A stretch of DNA of 24,000 nucleotides. Origin: Candidatus Scotarchaeum otlingeri (GTDB taxonomy: Archaea; Thermoproteota; Nitrososphaeria; Geothermarchaeales; JDFR-13). Below are positions 8,685 to 16,196 of this stretch, piece after piece. A program made the position numbers and the translations under genes. The notes beneath the pieces were generated by a model. It did no database searches, was not told the origin of the DNA, and saw only the letters and a list, made by a program, of their open reading frames with translations. How positions within the stretch are numbered: position 1 is the first letter of the stretch; each line of letters starts with the position of its first letter. The stretch is taken from contig MTMA02000006.1 of NCBI GenBank assembly GCA_002011075.2, forward strand, positions 69,842 through 93,841. Direction: 5' to 3'.

Positions 8685-9533
8685 TTATTTAATAGTTATG
8701 CCGAGTAAAAACGCTAATAATCCGAATATCATACCTATAAATATATATTTCTTTACTATAATGCTATGGGTCTTAGATGGATTTCTGATTATAACAATAG
8801 TTGAATACATAAATAATACATCAGTTATTAATACCGGCGGCACATATAACACTCCAACCAAATCGTATATTACGGGTATTACACTAATAATCACAGATAT
8901 AATTATAAAAACGGAAGCCACAAAAGCTGCATACTTCAAACCATATTTGATAGCCACAGTTTCGATTTTCTTAGTACGATCACCCTCTATATCACTAATT
9001 CCTTTTATAATTTCTCTACCTAAATTGGCCAGAAAAGACATTATAGCGAATATGTAAAGTAATAGGTGAGCCGGATTTCCTGTTGCGAATCCGCCATATA
9101 TATAAGGGATAGCGACAGATAAACTTACAATTATATTACCGAGAAACCCAGTTTTCTTTAGTCTCCAGTTATATAGAACTCCTAAGAACCAAAAAAGTAG
9201 ACCTATAATAAAATTATATATCGATAACAGATATGCAAGATATACCCCTACTGTGGCGCACATTCCAGATAATATGTATGCCTCATTCAAAGCAACGATG
9301 CCTGATACTATCGGCCTATCTGGATTATTTATCCGATCAATTTCTATATCGAAAATATCGTTCAAAACCATAATAGATGCCGAGATAAAGAAACCGGATA
9401 AAAAGCCTAGTATAAGAAAAAAGCTATTAGGTACACCGGCTACACTTATCACTTCTCCTATGATGACCGCCACTCCTATAGCAATATCATTAGGCACCCT
9501 CATAAGGCGATATATGCCCAATATTTTTTTCAT
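8685..9533 (-). CDS. UbiA-family prenyltransferase, probably digeranylgeranylglyceryl phosphate (DGGGP) synthase
   Basis: 282 aa polytopic membrane protein with NDIFDIEIDRINNPDRPIVSG (first Asp-rich motif) and a second D-x-x-x-D-like GISDIEGD. Confidence 0.72.
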   Translation of the reverse strand: MKKILGIYRLMRVPNDIAIGVAVIIGEVISVAGVPNSFFLILGFLSGFFISASIMVLNDIFDIEIDRINNPDRPIVSGIVALNEAYILSGMCATVGVYLAYLLSIYNFIIGLLFWFLGVLYNWRLKKTGFLGNIIVSLSVAIPYIYGGFATGNPAHLLLYIFAIMSFLANLGREIIKGISDIEGDRTKKIETVAIKYGLKYAAFVASVFIIISVIISVIPVIYDLVGVLYVPPVLITDVLFMYSTIVIIRNPSKTHSIIVKKYIFIGMIFGLLAFLLGITIK

Positions 9534-9598
9534 TGTGCCTTATTACCTCTTTATAATTATCATATAATTAAATATATTTTATAATGATAAGCAATTGA

Positions 9599-10126
9599 TT
9601 ACTCGCCTTTTTTTCTGTTAATAATACCCTTAAAAAAAGAAAGAGAGTAATAGACAATTTCTCCCCTTCTCTCTATTACGGCTATCTTCAATTCTTTTTT
9701 ACTTAACAACGAGTTATTTAATTCGTTTATAAGCGTATCTATTTTTATGGGTCTACCTTCATCTATTCCAACAACTCTAATCTTAGCCGGCTTATCCGGA
9801 TAATCTCCCCTATCATACACTAATAGATCAATCCCCCTTCCATATCCCATAGTTACTACATATCCTCTATCCATAAGATCTCTATATATAAGGAATTTAG
9901 GAAAAATATCTTTATCTCGCTTTGAAAATCGCTTTAGTAATTTATCGAAATCGAGAAGTTGCCCAGCTTTATCAATTACAGATATCCTATTCTTATCCAC
10001 CAAATATAATGTTTCAAGCGGATTCAATTCTATCTTTCTTTTCTTATGAGTTCCAATGCTAGGAACTTTCATATTTTTTTCCTTTTTAATAATAGCCTTA
10101 TAACCTATTAGACGTGCCGTTATCAA
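9599..10126 (-). CDS. endA: tRNA-splicing endonuclease family subunit (EndA fold; likely non-catalytic/structural type)
   Basis: 175 aa. FLIYRDLMDRGYVV..GYGRGIDLLVYDRG and LKIAVIERRGEIVYYSLSF align by eye with the archaeal EndA C-terminal domain. The only histidine in the ORF is H27. The start is a TTG at 10126; the alternative ATG at 10072 would remove 18 aa. Confidence 0.8.
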   Translation of the reverse strand: MITARLIGYKAIIKKEKNMKVPSIGTHKKRKIELNPLETLYLVDKNRISVIDKAGQLLDFDKLLKRFSKRDKDIFPKFLIYRDLMDRGYVVTMGYGRGIDLLVYDRGDYPDKPAKIRVVGIDEGRPIKIDTLINELNNSLLSKKELKIAVIERRGEIVYYSLSFFKGIINRKKGE

Positions 10127-10284
10127 TTCTTTCTTCCACCTTCTCTTAATAGATTACTAGTACTAAGAAACTCTTATGTTTTAACCATATTTACCATATA
10201 AGATATAACAATCGAAAGAATCACATATTGTTATTTATCACTTATACTTATCGTTATAATTCTCTAAGACAATATAAATATACT

Positions 10285-11304
10285 ATGGTGCTCAGAAGTA
10301 TAGATTGGAAAGATGGAAAAATATTAATAATTGACCAGACATGCTTACCGAATCAATTGGTATATAAAGAACTTAACACACTGGAAGCTGTTGCCGAAGC
10401 TATTGTTAATATGAGGGTACGTGGAGCTCCATTAATAGGTATTACGGCTGCGTTAGGCATGGCTTTAGTAGCATATAAAGCTAAGAACAAGTCTCGTGAA
10501 GAAATACTACGTATACTAAAAGAAGCATATAATATACTGCTCAACACGCGTCCGACAGCTGTCAATCTAAGATGGGCATTGAAAAGGGTTCTTGAAACAG
10601 CAGAAAATAGCAAAGAAGACGTGTCAAAAGCTGTCATAAACTTAGCAGTAGAAATGATGAACGCAGATATCGAGATAAATAGGAAGATGGCTGCAGTGGG
10701 TCAGAATATAATTAATAATGGAGATGTAATTTTGACTCACTGTAATACTGGCTCATTAGCCACAGTATCGGTAGGAACAGCGCTAGGCGTTATTATAGAA
10801 GCCTTTAATAGAGGTAAGAAAATTATGGTATATGCAACCGAAACAAGGCCATTATTACAAGGTGCTCGTTTAACTATGTTTGAGTTGATTCATGAAGGTG
10901 TAGATTCAACATTAATAACAGATAATGCTGTGGCTCATGCTATAAAAGAGAAGGGTATAACAAAGGTTTTGGTGGGCGCCGATAGGATTCTGAGTGATGG
11001 GACCACATTCAATAAAATAGGTACTCTGCAACTAGCTATATTAGCTAATCACTTCAAAATACCATTTTATGTTGTAGCTCCAACATCAACAATCGATATG
11101 GAAAGCAGTAGAGAAGATGTGATAATCGAGGAAAGAGATCCCAACGAGATACGTAAAATTGGAGATACATACATATCTCCCAAAGATGCTAAGGTCTATA
11201 ATCCTGCTTTTGATGAAACACCTCCAGAACTAATCACGGGAATTATAACTGAAAAGGGCATAATAACGCCGCCTTATAAATATAATATCAAAAAGATAAT
11301 GTAG
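10285..11304 (+). CDS. mtnA: Methylthioribose-1-phosphate isomerase (eIF-2B alpha/beta/delta-like family)
   Basis: N-terminal SIDWKDGKILIIDQTCLP plus MRVRGAPLIG, RPTAVNL, HCNTGSLAT and GADRI blocks. The ATG at 10285 (MVLRSIDW...) is preferred over the tracker's upstream TTG at 10228. Confidence 0.85.
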   Translation: MVLRSIDWKDGKILIIDQTCLPNQLVYKELNTLEAVAEAIVNMRVRGAPLIGITAALGMALVAYKAKNKSREEILRILKEAYNILLNTRPTAVNLRWALKRVLETAENSKEDVSKAVINLAVEMMNADIEINRKMAAVGQNIINNGDVILTHCNTGSLATVSVGTALGVIIEAFNRGKKIMVYATETRPLLQGARLTMFELIHEGVDSTLITDNAVAHAIKEKGITKVLVGADRILSDGTTFNKIGTLQLAILANHFKIPFYVVAPTSTIDMESSREDVIIEERDPNEIRKIGDTYISPKDAKVYNPAFDETPPELITGIITEKGIITPPYKYNIKKIM

Positions 11305-11361
11305 CAAAAATAGTAGCTGGCTTAATAATGCTTTAAAGATACAGCATACTAACGATTCAAC

Positions 11362-11910
11362 CTATCTTTTCGATAAAGTATATAAGTAGAAGATTTCTGC
11401 CGCGTGTTCACTTAATTCGAGTAATCGATAACAGTCCTCAAAGGTTTTTCCATGAATATATACTCCGTGACTCTTTTCGATTATTACATTATTTTCTATA
11501 GAATATCTTCCAATATCTTTATGAACGGCAAAATGATCTCCCTTGACAATTGGGATTTTACCTAGATAATACCTAGATTCAAAATCTATAGGTTCAAAAT
11601 AATTTTCTTGGTATATTGATAACGAGATAATATACTTTGGATGTGCATGTATTACTACATTACTATCTGTATTCAAATATATTTCTCTATGTATGTGATA
11701 ATCAATGGATGCTTCTGCGTCTTCTTTTCTTTCAATATTAACAGTAACTATATCATTAGAGGTGAGATTTTCCATACTAACTCCACTTCTCTTAATATAG
11801 ATAACATCTCCTGAACGCGCACTTATATTGCCTCCCTTGGCTACCACATATCCATCTCGATATATCTTTTTAGCCCAGTATAATAGGTCTGAGATCAGTT
11901 TTCTATCCAT
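11362..11910 (-). CDS. Class II aldolase/adducin-family protein (MtnB / fuculose-phosphate-aldolase-like)
   Basis: 182 aa with KGGNISAR, the HIHREIY and IHAHP metal-ligand histidines, and the SHGVYIHGKT block. It is convergent with mtnA. Confidence 0.8.
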   Translation of the reverse strand: MDRKLISDLLYWAKKIYRDGYVVAKGGNISARSGDVIYIKRSGVSMENLTSNDIVTVNIERKEDAEASIDYHIHREIYLNTDSNVVIHAHPKYIISLSIYQENYFEPIDFESRYYLGKIPIVKGDHFAVHKDIGRYSIENNVIIEKSHGVYIHGKTFEDCYRLLELSEHAAEIFYLYTLSKR

Positions 11911-12002
11911 CCTTATTTCCCTCCATGAATAATTAAAACATACAGTATCATGTCCAATACTAAAAATGCTGTGCTTTTGTATATGTTTATAAAAATCTTG
12001 AT

Positions 12003-12371
12003 TTGACAGGATATTGGTATATGAGCAATAAATTATATCTTGGTTCCGATGAGTATAAATTGTCTAGCAGAAAATATCAAGCGTATCTAACGTGTCTTCA
12101 TAATAATAAAATCATATATGGCTATGTTATTATAACCAATAGGCGTATTTTCTTTTTCAAAAGACATTTTCTTAGAAAGCACGAGTTATCATATATTTTT
12201 AGTCTTCACCAAATCGTTAATATGCGTGTTAAAGGACGGTTTATGAAATCACTCGAGATACAAATATACTATCAAGGGAGAAACATATCTCTAGTTGTAG
12301 AAGAAGGAGATAAGATCTATAAAGTGTTGGAAGCAGCGATACAGACTGCAAGGGAAACACCATTTATGTAG
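12003..12371 (+). CDS. Hypothetical protein (possible PH/GRAM-like fold)
   Basis: The ORF has no family I can name. GYVIITNRRIFFFK resembles the G-x-L-x-L-T-x-x-R-L-x-F strand pair of GRAM/bacterial PH domains. The ATG at 12021 is an alternative start. Confidence 0.45.
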   Translation: MTGYWYMSNKLYLGSDEYKLSSRKYQAYLTCLHNNKIIYGYVIITNRRIFFFKRHFLRKHELSYIFSLHQIVNMRVKGRFMKSLEIQIYYQGRNISLVVEEGDKIYKVLEAAIQTARETPFM

Positions 12372-12450
12372 TAATGCAATTTGTATATAGTTTGGTATAA
12401 TGCCATATATCCAAAAATTAATTTATCCATAAGACTTATTCTTAGTAATA

Positions 12451-12675
12451 ATGAGACATATAAAAGTGATTAAAACAGACAAGACACAGCGGGTATCAAA
12501 AGACATAACAGCCAAGCTAAAAGAGTTAAGATTGCTTAATAGAGTCAAATTCATGAAGAAGGAGTTAATATTATGTCCTATGATAGATCAGGAGAGATCA
12601 CCTATGTACTGCATGTTATGTGAATATTTCTCGCGAAGGATAAAAGGCATAATATACTGTAAATACCCTGAATAA
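12451..12675 (+). CDS. Hypothetical small basic protein with four cysteines (C-x11-C-x2-C-x12-C)
   Basis: 74-aa ORF with an ATG start and a Lys/Arg-rich N-terminal half. The Cys spacing is compatible with a zinc-binding knuckle. No recognised family. Confidence 0.4.
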   Translation: MRHIKVIKTDKTQRVSKDITAKLKELRLLNRVKFMKKELILCPMIDQERSPMYCMLCEYFSRRIKGIIYCKYPE

Positions 12676-12713
12676 TCTCCTATCAAATAAAATATAATGA
12701 AAGAAAAAAGTTT

Positions 12714-12725
12714 TTCTTTATGAAT
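12714..12725 (+). promoter_or_regulatory. Candidate TATA-like box (TTCTTTATGAAT) for tRNA-Arg
   Basis: TTATGAA begins 25 nt upstream of tRNA nt 1 (12743). This is the same heptamer and spacing as upstream of tRNA-Leu. Confidence 0.35.
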
Positions 12726-12765
12726 ATATATCCTTGATGGGTGCGGCCGTAGCCTAGCCAGGATA

Positions 12766-12780
12766 AAAAGAGTTTCCTAT
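12766..12780 (+). other. tRNA-Arg intron 1 (15 nt, inside the D-loop, non-canonical)
   Basis: Near-textbook hBHBh' fold. Outer helix is GCC (12757-12759) with GGC (12782-12784). Central helix is AGGA (12760-12763) with TCCT (12775-12778). Bulges are TAA (12764-12766) and ATA (12779-12781). Inner pairs are AA (12767-12768) with TT (12773-12774). Splicing gives the D-loop AGCCAGGATA. Confidence 0.75.
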
Positions 12781-12796
12781 AGGCACCGGCCTTCGG

Positions 12797-12812
12797 TTCA
12801 ATAAGAGATGAA
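12797..12812 (+). other. tRNA-Arg intron 2 (16 nt, canonical 37/38)
   Basis: 23 nt lie between the anticodon-stem halves. CTTC (nt 32-35) faces GATG (12807-12810) with 3 of 4 pairs. Bulges are GGT and AAA. There is a 2-bp inner helix TC/GA. This is a relaxed BHB. Confidence 0.6.
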
Positions 12813-13063
12813 AGCCGGGGATCGTGGGTTCAACTCCCACCGGCCGCGCCAATAGCCGATACTTCTAATTTCTAGCTAACATCCGATTTATCATTTACTT
12901 CAATTATCCATTGCATATTAAAAATAATTTCGCTTAGAAATTTCTCTATCGATAAGAAATATAAAACTAATTCGACGATCCCTGGTATATGCATATCGAA
13001 GTTTATTAGCAACTATACATATTATTTTGAACAATAGCATTATTCTATTTAAGGAGATCCCCG

Positions 13064-14428
13064 ATGACAAAGTTATTCGGCACCTCAGGGATTAGAGGCG
13101 TTTTCAAAGATGATATAGATCCGTCTTTCGCTATTCACTTATCATTAGCTATAACTAAGGTCTTTAAGCCTCATCATGCTATTATAGGTTGGGACTGCAG
13201 AACATCTTCAGAACCTCTAGCGTTTTCATTAATATCAGGGTTTTTGGCTGGAGGGGTTAATGTAGACATCGCAGGCCTCGTGTCGACACCTTCCTTCCAA
13301 AAATACATTACTGACAATCCCGGTAAATATTCTGTAGGCGTAATGGTAACAGCAAGTCACAACCCCCCAGAATATAATGGATTTAAGGTGTACTATGGAG
13401 ACGGATTAGAAATATATCCTGAGGATGAAGACAAAATAGAGTCTTCATTATATAACAAAGATTATTCAATAAGTGATTGGAGACGCCTAGGATCTACAAC
13501 GGATGTTAGGAATCGCGTCTTAGAAAATTACATCTCTAGTTTAGTAAAGGCTTCTTCTATATCATCTAATGAATATACCATTGCTATAGATTTATGTGGG
13601 TGCTCTTCGATACTAACAATCCCGCCTACTCTGGATAGGCTAAAGATATCCTATAAAGCTATAAATGATAAGATAGACGGTTTCTTTACTCAAAGGCTCC
13701 CTGAACCCAAGCCCGATACAATATATAATTTAATAAAACTAGTTAAAATCTCGAAGGTAAACTTCGGTGTAGCATTCGACGGAGATGGCGACCGATCCAT
13801 ATTTATAGATGAAAAAGGAGTTCCATGGTGGGGAGATGCCACAGGCATATTAATTGGTAAATATCTTATTGAGATAGGTGAAACCGACAGTATAGTTACC
13901 CCTATAACATCAACCGCTGCTACAGAGATGGTTATTGAATCATTAGGTGGAAAGGTAATTAGAACAAGAGTTGGAGGTAAAAATATAGTCAAAGCTATGA
14001 TTAATTATGGAAGTAAGTGGGGCTTTGAGGAAAACGGAGGAGGAATATATGGACCTCACCTCTATGGACGCGATGGTGGTATAACTCTAATCTTGATAAT
14101 GAATGTACTGCAGCATTACAATAAGCCCCTATCTCAATTACTAGAGGATATACCTAAATTATTCCAATTAAAAGAAAAAGTATCTATAAAAAATCGTTTG
14201 ATAATCCCTGATTTATTAGAGCATTTCTCGAACTATTATTCGAAGTATAAGATAGATAGAACAGAAGGCGTTAAAGTCTTCTTCAAAGACGATGAATGGG
14301 TGCTGATTAGACCCAGCGGAACAGAACCTATAATAAGGGTCTTTGCCGAATCTCCCAACTATAAACGAGCAAAGGATATATTAAATGATACACTCAAAGA
14401 GATAAAAGACTTCTTAAAGAGTAAATGA
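13064..14428 (+). CDS. Phosphohexomutase (phosphoglucosamine mutase / phosphomannomutase-phosphoglucomutase family)
   Basis: 454 aa with FGTSGIRG, the active-site Ser loop TASHNPPEYNGFK, the metal loop FDGDGDR, GFEENGG and the C-terminal RPSGTEP. Confidence 0.9.
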   Translation: MTKLFGTSGIRGVFKDDIDPSFAIHLSLAITKVFKPHHAIIGWDCRTSSEPLAFSLISGFLAGGVNVDIAGLVSTPSFQKYITDNPGKYSVGVMVTASHNPPEYNGFKVYYGDGLEIYPEDEDKIESSLYNKDYSISDWRRLGSTTDVRNRVLENYISSLVKASSISSNEYTIAIDLCGCSSILTIPPTLDRLKISYKAINDKIDGFFTQRLPEPKPDTIYNLIKLVKISKVNFGVAFDGDGDRSIFIDEKGVPWWGDATGILIGKYLIEIGETDSIVTPITSTAATEMVIESLGGKVIRTRVGGKNIVKAMINYGSKWGFEENGGGIYGPHLYGRDGGITLILIMNVLQHYNKPLSQLLEDIPKLFQLKEKVSIKNRLIIPDLLEHFSNYYSKYKIDRTEGVKVFFKDDEWVLIRPSGTEPIIRVFAESPNYKRAKDILNDTLKEIKDFLKSK

Positions 14429-15361
14429 GTCCCATCCAATTTTTTGTAATGGCACGATCTCTCCATTGACTTTATAATACACTCCTTTCCCCTCATACAC
14501 CTTTCCTATTCTAATAAAATCATAACCAAATTGCTTAGACAACTTCTCAAACTCAACCCACCTTTCATTTTTTATTATTAAAATAGATATATACTCCTCT
14601 CCCCCATAGAAAACATAATCTATGGTTTTCTCAGTATTATCAAATAGACTTTCTAGACCCGGATAAACTGGTATATTATCAACAATAATTTTTATATTAT
14701 TAGGCTCCGCTAAGTCAAACAGGCTCATTGCCAATCCATCACTAGAGTCTATAGATGCATTGACGAATCCCTTGTTTATAGCCCACAATATTTTAGGATA
14801 ATCAATAACGGGGCGTAAAAACCTTTTTTTCGCTTCTTCAGTTATTTTGCTATCTCCTATATCTACACCTAATAACATATCTAACCCTAGCTTTTCAAGC
14901 CCGAAATAATCGGATACGACTATGTAATCTCCGGCTCTCGCGCCTATACGTCCCACAAAATTCTCTGCTATACCTACCGAACTAATAGTTATAATTAAAT
15001 CTTGACCTCTATTTATATCACCCTTACCTATAGCGGTATTGAAAAATTTAGAGGCATCTTTAATGCCTCTTGATAGTTCTGTAAGTTCCTTCATATTGGT
15101 TTTCTTGGGTATCACAAGAGAAAAGGAAATGTAAATCGGGGCGCCTCCCTTACATATCAAGTCACTTATAGAACTTACTACAGCTTTCCACCCTGCACTA
15201 TAATGATCCATACCTACGGGCATATCTGTACTTCCAACAAAAGAGTCTATAGATTCGATTATATTGTTATAACCTATTTTCTCCGCATCATCAGCAGTCC
15301 AGTGAGCGGTAAACAAAACCTTAGATAATTTTTTTATTATTTCTCTCTCTTTATTCATCAA
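14414..15361 (-). CDS. thiL: Thiamine-monophosphate kinase-like protein (PurM/AIR-synthase-related superfamily)
   Basis: 315 aa. ADDAEKI (GDDAA-like), GWKAVVSSISDLICKGGAP, GKGDINRG and RIGARAGDYIVVSDYFG follow the ThiL pattern. The 3' end overlaps the mutase gene by 15 nt. Confidence 0.72.
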   Translation of the reverse strand: MMNKEREIIKKLSKVLFTAHWTADDAEKIGYNNIIESIDSFVGSTDMPVGMDHYSAGWKAVVSSISDLICKGGAPIYISFSLVIPKKTNMKELTELSRGIKDASKFFNTAIGKGDINRGQDLIITISSVGIAENFVGRIGARAGDYIVVSDYFGLEKLGLDMLLGVDIGDSKITEEAKKRFLRPVIDYPKILWAINKGFVNASIDSSDGLAMSLFDLAEPNNIKIIVDNIPVYPGLESLFDNTEKTIDYVFYGGEEYISILIIKNERWVEFEKLSKQFGYDFIRIGKVYEGKGVYYKVNGEIVPLQKIGWDSFTL

Positions 15362-15689
15362 GTAATTATTTTCTTAAATTTATTATATAATATGATAGAA
15401 ATCCCGCTATCAAATACACATCTACAATAAGCTGGGTTTTACTAGACTAACGTTGTTGAGGCATATTAAGACATTAACATAAATTATGAAGGATATATAT
15501 TTTTATAATATTTATTTATATCATAAAGGTTTCAGAGATGTAAAAAATAATTTATTCCTATCTGTTTATTCCTTGAAATATAGCTTCAAGGTGGCAATAA
15601 AATATTCACTGTTTGGATTTAAAACTGGCCTAATATTAGTAGACCTACATGAAAGTAGGTGTTTAATAAAGTTTAGGTGTAAAACCGAT

Positions 15690-16196
15690 ATGAAAATTAG
15701 TCGTAGAGATGCATTAAAGTCATTAGCTGCCTTATCAGGAACTTTAGCCCTTACCCCATTTTTACCCATAGGAGATTTTTTGATACAAAGCACCACCTTT
15801 AATATCCAGCGTCAAAGAATAGCTAATATTAAAGATATACCTTTCAATTCTCGATTGATATTTACATATCCAATAACTGGGAATACTGAACGAGATAATG
15901 ACCCATTTAGAAAATTTGTGTTAATCAGATTACCAAACGGTCAGTTTAAAGCATACAGCACCGTATGTCTCCATCTATGGTGTCTTGTTGACTATAAAAC
16001 AGAGCGGCAACAGATCGAATGTCCATGTCATGGCAGCATTTATGATCCTAATACAGGCATTGCGATAAGAGGACCTGCTGCTCTACAACCAAATAAAACT
16101 CTGCCTGAGGTCAAGCTGGAGATAGATGAGAAAGGAGATATATATGCAAATGGAATAATAGGGGTCATAGGTTATGGAAAAGAAGGGTCTAAGTAG
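15690..16196 (+). CDS. Rieske [2Fe-2S] protein with twin-arginine signal
   Basis: The Tat motif MKISRRDALKSLAALSG fixes the start at the ATG at 15690, which is preceded by AGGTG at 15675-15679. Cluster boxes are CLHLWC (15966-15983) and CPCHGS, 12 residues apart. The tracker's 68 extra N-terminal codons are unlikely to be translated. Confidence 0.9.
   Translation: MKISRRDALKSLAALSGTLALTPFLPIGDFLIQSTTFNIQRQRIANIKDIPFNSRLIFTYPITGNTERDNDPFRKFVLIRLPNGQFKAYSTVCLHLWCLVDYKTERQQIECPCHGSIYDPNTGIAIRGPAALQPNKTLPEVKLEIDEKGDIYANGIIGVIGYGKEGSK

Larger units (their letters stand above)
12743..12851 (+). tRNA. tRNA-Arg (anticodon TCG), two introns (D-loop and 37/38), CCA encoded
   Basis: Acceptor GCGGCCG (12743-12749) pairs with CGGCCGC (12841-12847), followed by discriminator G and CCA. 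T arm is GTGGG-TTCAACT-CCCAC. D stem is GCCT (12752-12755) with AGGC (12781-12784). Anticodon stem is CCGGC (12786-12790) with GCCGG (12814-12818). The loop is CTTCGG+A after intron removal. Mature length is 75 nt. Confidence 0.85.

Noticed and set aside
12872-12994. 40-codon minus-strand ORF (MHIPGIVELV...) in the spacer after tRNA-Arg.
   Set aside because: It has no motif, a spacer-like composition and no ribosome-binding or promoter signal that I could see. It is indistinguishable from a chance ORF.
12852-13063. Integrated element or attachment site next to the tRNA genes. These are the 212-bp non-coding stretch after tRNA-Arg and the region after tRNA-Leu.
   Set aside because: I found no integrase. 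I saw no direct repeat of either tRNA 3' end elsewhere in the window, and no compositional break. The palindromes here (AGAAATTTCT, ATCGAT) are short and expected in AT-rich spacer.
15486-15689. 68-codon N-terminal extension of the Rieske ORF.
   Set aside because: The twin-arginine signal (MKISRRDALK) must be N-terminal. An AGGTG Shine-Dalgarno site precedes the ATG at 15690. The extension is Tyr/Phe/Lys-rich low-complexity sequence typical of translated AT-rich spacer.
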